Assembly (NCBI GenBank): GCA_030615175.1
Contig: JAUWZX010000001.1
Coordinates: forward strand, 199,840 to 263,839
Source: Candidatus Parvarchaeota archaeon
GTDB lineage: Archaea > Nanobdellota > Nanobdellia > WJKC01
DNA length: 64,000 nucleotides
Direction of reading: 5' to 3'
Shown: one piece after another, positions 18,145 to 27,846 of the stretch
Numbering within the stretch: position 1 is the stretch's first letter
How the letters are laid out: each line of letters begins with the position of its first letter
The notes under the pieces: model-generated
What the model was told of the DNA's origin: nothing
Database searches by the model: none
What the model saw: the letters and a program-made list of their open reading frames with translations, nothing else
Translations under genes and position numbers: made by a program

Positions 18145-20808
18145 TTATGCACTTAATTCCTGCGCACTCGCTGCTTCTAATTCATCATAATTAATCCTGT
18201 ATATCTTAATGTCTGTCGGGTCGTACTGGCTTATTATTGACTGCGCGCTTAAAGGTGTTGCATTATCATCATACACTGTTTCAAAGCCTGGAACTGTTAA
18301 GTTAAGAATGTATAGTTCAGTCATTAACCTGTCCCTTAAGTTGGATGGTATGTGAATGAGTCCCTGCTGAATGAAATTATAGCATGAACTAATGCCCTCC
18401 TCCTGCACTTGACTGCAGCCAACATTAGTTTCGCACACGCAGTTATAAACCATTATTGATTGGGTGTTAAGTTCTGTGTTGTAAAGAGCTGCAAGCACTG
18501 GCCCGAATTCCTGGCTGTCACTGAAAGGCACTAAAATATTAATCACGTAAGTGCTTGAATCAGCAAGAACTTTATTATCAGGAAGTATTATGTCCTGGCC
18601 AATCCTGCCTGGACCGCTTGCTGGCTGGAACACGAGCAGTGTTGAATAATTCTCAGGCATGAATATGTTATTCTTAATCTGGCTCTGGAACGTGTAGACC
18701 GCGTAGTATCCTGGTCTGCCGCCAATATTAGCCATTTGAACATACTTTAATACATCATCATCAACTATTAGGAAGTAGTCAGGCCTCTTCAAGCCTTCAG
18801 TAGTATTCTTTGAAAAGAAGTTAAGTGATTCAAGAATTTCTGTTGAATTATAACCACTGAATAAGTATCCGCCAATCACTTCATCCCATTGGACAATATA
18901 ATTCCCGCCGTCAACAGTTGTTGCCCGCTCACCCATTGCCTGCACCCAGTAACCATAATCCCACCAGTGCGTGAACACTGCATCAGTGCTTGTATTATCC
19001 TTAACCCAGTCCATGCTCTTAATCCAGTCGCCAGTAAAGCTTGGAAAGTAACTGTCAGCACCGTCAAGCGTTGTCATGAAAGCCCATGAACCCACCAGTA
19101 TTACTATTAAGTAAAGTGAGTACGCGTAAACCTTATCCTTTAAGAAGTGCCTGATTATTTCCTTGCCGCGGGTAATGCAGTAAGCTGACAGCACTAATGC
19201 TACAGGCGTTAGGGTGAAGATTATCCTTACAGCCCCTCTTGTTGCTATCACGCTTAGCGAGAACCAAGCAATTAATATCATGCTCACAGGGCTTATTGAA
19301 TTCCATGCTCTTGATTTATGATTTACCAAATAGTCAAGCACTAAGACAATAATGTATAATGGCAGGAAGTAAATGAACACTGACCCTAAGAGCAGGTTTG
19401 TTGCCGCGTACTTAGGGTCTGTTGAGTACTTGCTGAACATGAATATTAAAATGAAAGCTCCGAACGCGAGTAATTGAGGCATTGCTTTATAACGGAATTT
19501 TTCCAGTGATTTCTGGTAGTATAATAAGCTTCCAATAATGAATAATGGTATGAACCAGGACAGTCTTTCCCACCAGCTAACGCCTCTTTGAGGGTCAAAG
19601 AAGTAAGGTGCTTGATTCTCACTGACTGATATGCAGAACGGGCACGTGCCGAACGGGTGGAAAATAGTTTCAACCGCGCTGTTAACCTGGTTCGTAATGC
19701 TGAACACTCCTGTTACTTCTCCAGTAATCATTAACGGGATGGCAATGATTGCCAGAAACACTGTGAAGTGAACTGCTTCAGGCCAGGCCTTAGGCTTTCT
19801 TGACTTAATGAATGAATCATAAATCACTCTTAAGACTATGATGATTATTGCTATGAAAGTGCTTACAAATATTTGATGCCCGTATAACTTAAATCCGCCG
19901 TAACGCATGGTTAATGCAGCGTTCATTAAGAGGGTTGGTATTGCCCATGAAAAGAAAGTTATAGTGTAATTCTTACTTAACTTATTAATTAATGTTAATG
20001 CAATGAATGCTAATGCAATGCTATGGAACAAGAAGTTTGCTCCGCCCCAAGTTAAAGCGTTTAACCCTCCCAGGAGGCCTGATAAGAGCCCCCACTTTAA
20101 CACATCCTTATTATTCTTAGCTTTTAATGACTTTATTAAAGCCCAAGTCATTGAGAACCAGAATACCATTGCAAGCGCCTCCTTGTCAGCGAAGCCAGCG
20201 ATTGTCCTGAATAAGTAGCTTGGCGCGAAACTTAGCAGTAATACAGCGATTAAGGCTGTCTGCTTGTCAGTGAATTCCTTAACCATTAAGAAGTAAAATA
20301 TTATTCCTATTGCAAAAGCAATCACAGGGTATATTATTGAAACACTTACTACTTCTAAACCAGGCATGAACGGGCTTAGCAGGTAATAAAGGCCTGCAAT
20401 GAAGTAAGTGTTCATTTGCTGCTCTTGGAAAGTGTTAAACCCTTCAGGGAAGTACCTTAACTCATCTCTTTCAGGCAGGTATCCTTTTTCAATTAATTCC
20501 TCAGCATACCTGTTGAACACGAACGGGTCAAGACCTAATAATATGTTATTATAATGCGGGATGCTTAAAGTCCTAATCCATGAAGCAACAAGTATTATTG
20601 AAACAAGCGCTATGTAAAACATTATTTTCTTATTCTCTTTAAGGAATTTAACTGCTGCTTGGAAGTCAATTTCCTCACCCCTTTCTTCCTCGTCTGCTTT
20701 CTTCTTCTCTTTCTTTTTCCCAGGCTTCTTGCTCTTCAAGCCTAGCGCTTTCTTCATTCCTTTAAAGACTTCTTTTAAGTCAATTTCTTCAAATTCATCT
20801 TCACTCAT
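18145..20808 (-). CDS. aglB: oligosaccharyltransferase STT3/AglB
   Basis: GLDP, ADKE, SVSE and WWDYG motifs. Confidence 0.96.
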   Translation of the reverse strand: MSEDEFEEIDLKEVFKGMKKALGLKSKKPGKKKEKKKADEEERGEEIDFQAAVKFLKENKKIMFYIALVSIILVASWIRTLSIPHYNNILLGLDPFVFNRYAEELIEKGYLPERDELRYFPEGFNTFQEQQMNTYFIAGLYYLLSPFMPGLEVVSVSIIYPVIAFAIGIIFYFLMVKEFTDKQTALIAVLLLSFAPSYLFRTIAGFADKEALAMVFWFSMTWALIKSLKAKNNKDVLKWGLLSGLLGGLNALTWGGANFLFHSIALAFIALTLINKLSKNYTITFFSWAIPTLLMNAALTMRYGGFKLYGHQIFVSTFIAIIIIVLRVIYDSFIKSRKPKAWPEAVHFTVFLAIIAIPLMITGEVTGVFSITNQVNSAVETIFHPFGTCPFCISVSENQAPYFFDPQRGVSWWERLSWFIPLFIIGSLLYYQKSLEKFRYKAMPQLLAFGAFILIFMFSKYSTDPKYAATNLLLGSVFIYFLPLYIIVLVLDYLVNHKSRAWNSISPVSMILIAWFSLSVIATRGAVRIIFTLTPVALVLSAYCITRGKEIIRHFLKDKVYAYSLYLIVILVGSWAFMTTLDGADSYFPSFTGDWIKSMDWVKDNTSTDAVFTHWWDYGYWVQAMGERATTVDGGNYIVQWDEVIGGYLFSGYNSTEILESLNFFSKNTTEGLKRPDYFLIVDDDVLKYVQMANIGGRPGYYAVYTFQSQIKNNIFMPENYSTLLVFQPASGPGRIGQDIILPDNKVLADSSTYVINILVPFSDSQEFGPVLAALYNTELNTQSIMVYNCVCETNVGCSQVQEEGISSCYNFIQQGLIHIPSNLRDRLMTELYILNLTVPGFETVYDDNATPLSAQSIISQYDPTDIKIYRINYDELEAASAQELSA

Positions 20809-20815
20809 TAGTTAA

Positions 20816-21634
20816 TCACATTTGAAGTGATACGTATACTTCAATTATTGATGCTATTATTATTAGCACACTTGCTAATAATATTAAATCTAAAGAATCA
20901 AGCAGGACTTCTTTAAATTTTTTGCTTTTAGTGCGGTGCCTTATTATTCCAGCGCTTATTATCCCGCCAGCAATGCCTGCAAGGAAGTAGGCAATTATTT
21001 CAGGAATCCCGTGAAGCATGTATCGCCCGAACCCTAATGGCACTGCACTGAAGTATGACCAGATATCTGATAAGTTAATCTTTATAGCATTACCTATTGC
21101 TGTTCCAAGAACGCTTGCATTCCATGTTAGTATGAATATTGCTCCAGCCCCGTAAATTAAACTGAATAACAGGCAGAAGAATAATACTTTGAAATTATTC
21201 AGTATTATGACTCTTAGTAAGTCAGGGCTTGTAATTCTTCCTGAAACGTTTATATTAATTGCCTTTATTGTCTGCATTTGCTGGTTAAACACGCGGCTTG
21301 TTAGTTCTTCTGGAAGGATTATGTACCATGTTGTATAAGCTAAAAGCATTCCTGCGAATAGGAAGAAGAATATGCCTAGGATGTCCTTATGCTCTCCGAC
21401 AAGCCATGTTTTCTTTTTAATCTTTAATTCTTCTGCTTCCTCTTTTTTTAATGAATTAACCAGTAATGGTATTCCAGCCATTGTCGTGAGGAATACTAGT
21501 GTTAGACTAGGGTCGTCAGGGAATATCCATACCCCGAGTATTAAGCCGACTGTTGCGTAAATGAATCCTAGTACTATCATGAAGTGAGGTTTCCTGCCTG
21601 CTTCAAGAGGATTAGTTAGTGATTCTAATACCAT
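20816..21634 (-). CDS. stage II sporulation protein M family membrane protein
   Basis: IILNN, WNASVLG, HGIPE, IIEV. Confidence 0.85.
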   Translation of the reverse strand: MVLESLTNPLEAGRKPHFMIVLGFIYATVGLILGVWIFPDDPSLTLVFLTTMAGIPLLVNSLKKEEAEELKIKKKTWLVGEHKDILGIFFFLFAGMLLAYTTWYIILPEELTSRVFNQQMQTIKAININVSGRITSPDLLRVIILNNFKVLFFCLLFSLIYGAGAIFILTWNASVLGTAIGNAIKINLSDIWSYFSAVPLGFGRYMLHGIPEIIAYFLAGIAGGIISAGIIRHRTKSKKFKEVLLDSLDLILLASVLIIIASIIEVYVSLQM

Positions 21635-21665
21635 TTAATGATTCTTAATGATTTAATTATTTAAA

Positions 21666-22709
21666 TCATTTTTTAATCCATAGTCTCCTGCTCTTACCGT
21701 GAAATCCTTCTCCTGTTCCTTCAATTGTTATTAAACCCATTCTTTCAATGATTTTAATGTATCTTCTGAAGCTCCTTAAGGTTAATTCACCTTCATTGTT
21801 TAAGTAATCCGCGTAGACCCGGCCTGATATTTCACCTTCATTATCCTTGATTGCTTTAAGCACTCTTTTCTCTTCATTACTTAAACCTGTCGGAGCATCA
21901 TCCTTTAAATTAATTATTGCATTCTCAACATACTTTTTTAGTATTTTCCTGCTCGCATCACGTTCTGCAAGCCTTGCAGATTCAATTATTAATGCCATTC
22001 CCTTCCTAACGTCTCCTTTTGACTTGCCTGCAATAAGGTTTATTAATTCCTTATTAATTACTCCCTGCCTTAAGGCCATGCCAGCCCGCCTGCTCAGTAT
22101 TTCATTCATTTGCTCTTCATTATAGTCTTTGAATTCTAAGTTCTTTAAATTAAGCCTTGACAATAATCTCGGCTCAATGTATGCTTTCCATTCATTATTA
22201 TTGCTTATTAGTATGAAATTAGTGTTGTCTAATTCCTTTAGTAATTGGTATATTATGCTTAATTCATTAACCCGGTCTGCCTCGTCAAAGCAGATGATTA
22301 ATCCTTTTTTCTCTTTAAGTTTCTTTATTGCATTCTTGATTATTAAGTCTGCTGGAACTCCTTTTGGAGGGAATATTAATCCACTCTTGCGTGCAAGTTC
22401 CAGCGCTATTGCATGAGTTGATTGATTACTCCAGCAGTTAATGTGTATTGGCGTGACTTCACTGCTAGTCTGCTTTAATTCGTTGAAAACGAATTTAATG
22501 CTTGCAGTCTTGCCAATGCCTGGCCTGCCGTAAATAAATAAATTGCTTCCTCTTCGTTCACTGAATAATGGCTTTATTGACTCAGCGATTTCCTTTATTT
22601 CATTGTTCCTTTCAGGCATTTTCTCTGGCACGTATTTATAATCAAACAGTGATTCGTCAATGAATAATGTTTCATCATGCATTAAGACATCTGAGAATAA
22701 TCCCTCCAT
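21666..22709 (-). CDS. cdc6: Orc1/Cdc6 replication initiation protein
   Basis: YVPEKMPER, Walker A GRPGIGKT, Walker B FDEAD, GDVR, winged-helix C-terminus. Confidence 0.92.
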   Translation of the reverse strand: MEGLFSDVLMHDETLFIDESLFDYKYVPEKMPERNNEIKEIAESIKPLFSERRGSNLFIYGRPGIGKTASIKFVFNELKQTSSEVTPIHINCWSNQSTHAIALELARKSGLIFPPKGVPADLIIKNAIKKLKEKKGLIICFDEADRVNELSIIYQLLKELDNTNFILISNNNEWKAYIEPRLLSRLNLKNLEFKDYNEEQMNEILSRRAGMALRQGVINKELINLIAGKSKGDVRKGMALIIESARLAERDASRKILKKYVENAIINLKDDAPTGLSNEEKRVLKAIKDNEGEISGRVYADYLNNEGELTLRSFRRYIKIIERMGLITIEGTGEGFHGKSRRLWIKK

Positions 22710-22814
22710 GATGTTACAGGACGCGTTAAGTGTTATTAATGTTTCCGGTAAAATAATTTAGTGTCATTATTGGATAGCGTAAAGTATTTAAATAGTGATT
22801 CAAACTTTAAGAGG

Positions 22815-23153
22815 ATGAGTGACGAGTTAGCCGAGTTTTTTGAAGAACGCAAAAAGAAAGAGTATGAGAAGCCTGGTTTAATTATTGAATTTATTGAGAC
22901 TTACATGAGTGCTGTTATTAAGCACATGGATGATTATATTAATAGTGTTGATGCCAAGCTTCAAGAATTTAATAATAAGCTTACTAATCTTGAGTATAAG
23001 ATTAATTTAATTGATGATGGTGTAAAAACTTCTTCGCCTCCTCCGCCTCCACAACCCGCTTCTCTTAATCAGCAGCCAGTGAATCGTGTGAGTTTAAGAA
23101 GTGCTATTTTAGGCGAACTTAAGGAAGTCTTCAAAAAAAAGAATAACATTTAA
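22815..23153 (+). CDS. hypothetical coiled-coil protein with polyproline tract and WH2-like C-terminal helix
   Basis: Probable ATG at 22815 with TTTAAATA about 25 nt upstream; heptad pattern, PPPPP, RSAILGELK. Confidence 0.7.
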   Translation: MSDELAEFFEERKKKEYEKPGLIIEFIETYMSAVIKHMDDYINSVDAKLQEFNNKLTNLEYKINLIDDGVKTSSPPPPPQPASLNQQPVNRVSLRSAILGELKEVFKKKNNI

Positions 23154-23180
23154 ATTTTACTTGCTTTCTTAATTCTTAGC

Positions 23181-24200
23181 ATGGGCGTTAATCTGAGAAG
23201 CCTGGTGAACCCTGTTGAGATTAACTTAAAGGAGTTAAGTGGCAGGGAGTTAGGAGTTGATGCTTTTAACTGGATTTACCAGTTCATTTCAACTATCAGA
23301 CAGCCTGACGGGTCTCCGTTAAGTGATAATAAGGGCTGTATTACTAGTCATTTTATAGGGCTTTTCTACCGCATGTCAAGGCTGCTTGAATTAGAGATTA
23401 AGCCTTGCTTTATTTTTGACGGCGCGCCTCCTGACTTCAAGGCAGTGACTGCTCAGCGCGTTAAGCGCAAGCAGGAGGCAGAGGTTAAGTACAGGGAGGC
23501 ATTGAAGAGGGCTGACTTTGAGCGCGCCCGCTCGCTTGCAAGCCAGACTGCTCACTTAACTAGTGAAATGATTGAGGAGAGCAAGGAATTCCTGCAAGCC
23601 CTTGGACTGCCTATCATTCAAGCGCCTTCTGAAGGCGAGGCGCAGGCTGCTTTCATGACTGGTAAAGGTGATTTTTATGCTGCGGCGAGCCAGGACTTTG
23701 ATACCTTATTATTCGGTGCTCCAAGGCTTGTGCGCAACGTTAACTTCACTGGCAGGAAGAAACTGCCTGGCAGGAATGCATGGGTTGCTGTTAATCCTGA
23801 AATAATTGAATTAAAAAACGTGCTAAGCACTTTAAGGATGACTCATGAGCAATTAATCATTCTTGCAGTCTTAGTAGGCACTGATTATAATCCAGGAGGC
23901 GTTAAGGGTGTTGGACCTAAGACTGCCTTAAAACTTGTCAGGGAGCATAAGGATATTTCAGTCTTTAAACATGTTGACTGGGCTTTTGATATTAAACCTG
24001 AGCGAATAATTAATTTTTTTAAAAATCCTCCAGTATTGAATGATTACGAGCTCTCCTGGAAACCTGTTAATGAGGATTTAGTTCGCGAGATACTAGTTAA
24101 ACGCCATGACTTCTCTGAGGACCGCGTTAATAATACTTTGAAGAAATTAGCAAAAGCTAAGGAAGGGCAGAGCCAGCAGGGCTTAGGAAAGTGGTTTTAG
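23181..24200 (+). CDS. fen1: flap endonuclease 1
   Basis: [30 protein letters not shown] box QQGLGKWF. Confidence 0.97.
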   Translation: MGVNLRSLVNPVEINLKELSGRELGVDAFNWIYQFISTIRQPDGSPLSDNKGCITSHFIGLFYRMSRLLELEIKPCFIFDGAPPDFKAVTAQRVKRKQEAEVKYREALKRADFERARSLASQTAHLTSEMIEESKEFLQALGLPIIQAPSEGEAQAAFMTGKGDFYAAASQDFDTLLFGAPRLVRNVNFTGRKKLPGRNAWVAVNPEIIELKNVLSTLRMTHEQLIILAVLVGTDYNPGGVKGVGPKTALKLVREHKDISVFKHVDWAFDIKPERIINFFKNPPVLNDYELSWKPVNEDLVREILVKRHDFSEDRVNNTLKKLAKAKEGQSQQGLGKWF

Positions 24201-24469
24201 TGAGGAGGATTCATGCAATTGTTTTAGGAGTTGTGCAGGGAGTATTCTTTCGCAGGAATACTAAGATTCAGGCAGGCAACTTAGGACTTACTGGATGGGT
24301 TCGTAATTTGCCTGACGGGACTGTTGAAGTAGTTGCTGAAGGCAGTGAAGAATCTTTAAAGAAATTATTAGAATGGCTTCATAAGGGTCCTTTGGATGCT
24401 GTAGTTAAGGGAGTTAAGTATGAATGGCTTAAGGCTACAGGGGAGTTTGAAGGATTTGAAAGAGTCTAG
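24200..24469 (+). CDS. acyP: acylphosphatase
   Basis: [19 protein letters not shown]. Confidence 0.95.
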   Translation: MRRIHAIVLGVVQGVFFRRNTKIQAGNLGLTGWVRNLPDGTVEVVAEGSEESLKKLLEWLHKGPLDAVVKGVKYEWLKATGEFEGFERV

Positions 24470-24479
24470 GATTAAGTGA

Positions 24480-25157
24480 TTATCTTCTGCGTTTGAAGAA
24501 GTTCTTTGCAGGTCCTTCCTTTATTGCCCAGCCAAAACCAATGCCTATTGCTATTGCAAAACCTAAACTAATCCCGAGGACTATGTACCTGAATGAGTCC
24601 TCAATTAATTGAGTGTTCTCTAACCCGAATTTAGGCAGGGCCATTACGATGCCGAAGAATAGTGTTACTCCATAAACAACCCCGCTGACTGTTTCCTTGA
24701 AAGGGAATTTTGACTTCATAATCTTGTTCTTGAAGAAGTTGCTTATTATTATTGTAGCAATAATTATTGCAGATCCGAGGATTATTGACGGGATTGCTGT
24801 TAGTAAACCGCCAAGTAATTCTGCAATGAATGGGAGCGCTGCCTTGCTTGCAGCTTCTTTTAAGAAGACTATTAGTATGTAATATTTTATTATAATGCTT
24901 GCAGACTTATTAACTGATACGCCAAATAATGATTCATCGAGTTTTAATTTCTTAGTCCATTTATCAACTTGCATTGTAATCATTAATTTGTAAACAATTT
25001 TTTCACCAAGTTTCGCAATTAACCAGCCTAGGAGGATTATCATTAATGCAGTGACAACTCTTGGTATGCTCGTTAATATTGTATTAATCAATTCATTAAT
25101 GAATTGCGCCGGCAAGTCAAAGAAATTATAAGCAGTAGTTGCATTGCCGTTAACCAT
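24480..25157 (-). CDS. TM-helix repeat membrane protein (MscS-related)
   Basis: Repeated IP.....A..I...GW segments, AIAIGIGFG. Confidence 0.75.
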   Translation of the reverse strand: MVNGNATTAYNFFDLPAQFINELINTILTSIPRVVTALMIILLGWLIAKLGEKIVYKLMITMQVDKWTKKLKLDESLFGVSVNKSASIIIKYYILIVFLKEAASKAALPFIAELLGGLLTAIPSIILGSAIIIATIIISNFFKNKIMKSKFPFKETVSGVVYGVTLFFGIVMALPKFGLENTQLIEDSFRYIVLGISLGFAIAIGIGFGWAIKEGPAKNFFKRRR

Positions 25158-25243
25158 TAATTAATAATAGTTAAATCATGATTTAATAATGTTTTGGGAG
25201 GCGTAGTAATCCTTAAAAGCCCGTCTTTTCATTATTCTCTTTT

Positions 25244-25432
25244 ATGAAAGTAAAGACTTTGAATAAAGAGTTTGAATTAAAATTTAATGGTTCAGTCCTA
25301 GCCCTGCTTGGAGAACTTGGATTAAACCCTGTTGAATTTTTGGTTGTTGTTAATAATGAATTGGTTCATGAGTTAAGAGTATTAAATGGTGATGAACTTG
25401 TGGAAGTCATCCCTGTAGTTTCAGGAGGGTAA
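25244..25432 (+). CDS. ubiquitin-like sulfur carrier (ThiS/MoaD/SAMP family)
   Basis: 62 aa beta-grasp pattern ending VVSGG, directly upstream of the tRNA thiolase. Confidence 0.92.
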   Translation: MKVKTLNKEFELKFNGSVLALLGELGLNPVEFLVVVNNELVHELRVLNGDELVEVIPVVSGG

Positions 25433-25436
25433 AGAA

Positions 25437-26258
25437 ATGAAGTGCAAGAATTGTTCAAGACAGGTATTAATTAATGATTACTGTAAGGACTGCTTTATTA
25501 AGTATTTTGAAAAAGAATTTAGAAAAGGATTAGGCAACTTGAAGGGCAAGTCCTTATGCATTGCTGTTTCAGGCGGCAAGGATTCATTAACAACTCTTTA
25601 CCTGACTAAGAAGTTCTACCCTGAGAATAAAATTCTTGCTTTACTAATTGATGAAGGAATTCATGGTTATAGGCATGGGACTATTAAGTCATTAAGAAAG
25701 TATGCTGTTGAGTGGGGTATTCCTTATAAGATTCTTAAATTCAAGAAGCCTCTTGACAGTATGAATCCTAAACGTCCTTGCAGTGTTTGCGGCGTGCTCA
25801 GGCGTTATTACCTGAATAAGCATGCCCGCGTCTTCAACGTTTTAATTCTCGGGCATAACCTTGATGATGAAGCCCAGTCAACACTCATGAATGTATTCAT
25901 GCGTTACGCTTCACGCTTTAACAGAATGACTGTTAAGCAAGTCACTCATGAATTATTCGTTAAACGAGTGAAACCAATGCGTTATTTAAGCGAGCGGGAG
26001 GTAATGGCTTACTTCCTGCTGAAAGGATTTAATACTTCAATGAGGGAGTGTCCTTATGCTCGTAGCAGTTTCAGGGATGTTGTTAGGAAATCCTTGAATG
26101 ATTTTGAATACAAGCATTCAGGCACTAAGTTAAGCATTATTAAAACATATGATTCTTTAGGGATTATTAATAACCCTGTTAATCTCGGCTCCTGCAATGC
26201 TTGCGGAGAGCCTTCAAGTAATGAGGTGTGCAAGGCATGTATGATATTAAAGGGTTAG
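25437..26258 (+). CDS. ncsA: tRNA 2-thiolation protein (TtuA/NcsA/Ctu1 family)
   Basis: SGGKDS PP-loop, CSVC, GHNLDD, CPY, terminal zinc fingers. Confidence 0.92.
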   Translation: MKCKNCSRQVLINDYCKDCFIKYFEKEFRKGLGNLKGKSLCIAVSGGKDSLTTLYLTKKFYPENKILALLIDEGIHGYRHGTIKSLRKYAVEWGIPYKILKFKKPLDSMNPKRPCSVCGVLRRYYLNKHARVFNVLILGHNLDDEAQSTLMNVFMRYASRFNRMTVKQVTHELFVKRVKPMRYLSEREVMAYFLLKGFNTSMRECPYARSSFRDVVRKSLNDFEYKHSGTKLSIIKTYDSLGIINNPVNLGSCNACGEPSSNEVCKACMILKG

Positions 26259-26509
26259 TTCTTAAAGAGGAGAAGCGTGCTGATGAGGCTTTCGCGGCAT
26301 TAACTGTTAATGATGACCCTAAGGCCAGAGACCTTTACGAGCTTGCTTTTTCTTATTATGAGGATGCAAAGCATTTCCAGCGCAATGACCGGTTATTGGA
26401 GGCTTTTGAGTTGTACTCTTATCTTTGGGGCTTGCTTGATGCTGGAGCACGCCTCGGATTATTTAATCCAGGTATTGCTCGAAAGCATTTTAAGGTTGAC
26501 CAGCATTAA
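26237..26509 (+). CDS. DUF357 family protein
   Basis: A.SYYEDAKHF....D....F....Y.WG.LDAG.RLG. Confidence 0.88.
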   Translation: MYDIKGLVLKEEKRADEAFAALTVNDDPKARDLYELAFSYYEDAKHFQRNDRLLEAFELYSYLWGLLDAGARLGLFNPGIARKHFKVDQH

Positions 26510-26517
26510 AATATTCT

Positions 26518-26916
26518 GTGAAGTACAGGTCTGAAAGTCAGAAGCAGGTGTCATTATTCATTCTTGAAAACTCTGTTCAGGCAAGGAATAAGATTGATAC
26601 AATATTAACTGAAACTGATGCTTACACTACTTTTGTTGAAGGAGTTAAGTATTCTACATTAATAATTGATGAATCCTTCACTGAGTTAGTTGAGTCAAGG
26701 CTTAAAGGGCTGATTAAGCAGCGAATCACTGGCTTAACTGCTTTCTTCCTTTCATTTCCCAAGGAGGCTTTAACAATGCCAGGCATCCTATCATTCATGC
26801 TTAACAGGTTCAAGCAGTTAAAAATTAATGTTGTGCAGTTAATCACTTCATACACTAACCTCATCATTATTGTAAGCAGTAAGGATGGTGTTAGGGCTAA
26901 GAGGTTATTAGGGTAA
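26518..26916 (+). CDS. ACT-domain protein
   Basis: PGILS.......INVVQLITSYT.LIIIV. Confidence 0.7.
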   Translation: MKYRSESQKQVSLFILENSVQARNKIDTILTETDAYTTFVEGVKYSTLIIDESFTELVESRLKGLIKQRITGLTAFFLSFPKEALTMPGILSFMLNRFKQLKINVVQLITSYTNLIIIVSSKDGVRAKRLLG

Positions 26917-26951
26917 TCTTTAAAAAGCATTGCCAGTTACGTTCTCATTTA

Positions 26952-27113
26952 ATGACTAATTTATGTATTTCATGCAGCAGGGAGGTTAGCACCATTGCTA
27001 ATTCAGTTATCTTTAAGTGCCCTAAGTGCGGGGAGAGAATTGTTAGGTGCGGTGCCTGCCGTAAGTTAAGTATTAATTATAAATGCCTTAAGTGCGGTTT
27101 TGGTGGGTTATAA
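26952..27113 (+). CDS. small zinc-finger protein (DUF1610 / HVO_2753 family)
   Basis: Hand translation MTNLCISCSREV...FKCPKCGERIVRCGACRKLSINYKCLKCGFGGL; four CxxC motifs; usual position before aEF-1beta; not in ORF track. Confidence 0.92.
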   Translation: MTNLCISCSREVSTIANSVIFKCPKCGERIVRCGACRKLSINYKCLKCGFGGL

Positions 27114-27383
27114 ATGGGCAAGGTAGTCGTTACCCTGAGAGTAATGCCTAAGAGTGTTAAAGTAGATCTTGACAAGGTTAAAGAAGAGTTAAGGAAGGTG
27201 CTTGAAGGCACTGCAATTGGGGCAATGGGTTTTAAGAAAGTCCCTATTGCTTTCGGCTTGACAAGTCTTGAAGTTACTTTCATTATGCCTGAGCAGGAAG
27301 GAGGCACTGAACCAGTTGAGAAGGCAATAGCAGGACTTGATGATGTGTTAAGTGTTGTTCCTGTTGGCTTAACTCTTGTGTAA
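27114..27383 (+). CDS. ef1b: translation elongation factor 1-beta
   Basis: LRVMP, PIAFGL. Confidence 0.95.
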   Translation: MGKVVVTLRVMPKSVKVDLDKVKEELRKVLEGTAIGAMGFKKVPIAFGLTSLEVTFIMPEQEGGTEPVEKAIAGLDDVLSVVPVGLTLV

Positions 27384-27404
27384 AACTTTTTTCTAAAAAG
27401 TTTT
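27382..27404. terminator. perfect inverted repeat between convergent genes, probable bidirectional terminator
   Basis: AAAACTTTTT-TCT-AAAAAGTTTT; T-tracts on both strands. Confidence 0.55.
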
Positions 27405-27406
27405 GT

Positions 27407-27811
27407 TTAAATTCTTCTTCTTAGAATAACTGCTTTATTCTTTGGGAAGATTCCTTCCTGCCTGCTTGCAATTTTAAAGCCTAATTTTTCCAGCATCTTA
27501 ATTCTTTTCTTGCTTTTATCATTCTCCATTACTCCCACGCGCCTGTAACCCATGCTCCTGCTCTTTTTAAATAAATCTTCAAACAAGCTCCTATCCTCTC
27601 TTTTTAGTCCCCACGCCCTGATTTCAAGCATGCCAGGCAAGCCCTTGGCAAGTATTACGCCTTTCACGCTGCCGTTAATCTTCATGATTGACTCGTTACC
27701 TTCATCCATTATATTGTTTAAAACACTGTTAATGTTAATGCTTAATCCCTGCTTATTCAAGAACTCCCAAATATTCATAGCATCACTTAATTCTGGTTTT
27801 CGTAAAATCAT
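27407..27811 (-). CDS. GNAT-family acetyltransferase-like protein (divergent)
   Basis: LRKPELSD start, MLEKLGFKI near the C-terminus; motif A poorly conserved. Confidence 0.6.
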   Translation of the reverse strand: MILRKPELSDAMNIWEFLNKQGLSININSVLNNIMDEGNESIMKINGSVKGVILAKGLPGMLEIRAWGLKREDRSLFEDLFKKSRSMGYRRVGVMENDKSKKRIKMLEKLGFKIASRQEGIFPKNKAVILRRRI

Positions 27812-27846
27812 AATAAATATAATTACGCACTAATTATTAATTCTTT

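Noticed and set aside
25191..25220. GGGAGGCGTAGTAATCCTT partial hairpin between divergent genes
   Set aside because: Imperfect stem overlapping a promoter; too weak to call as a third repeat copy
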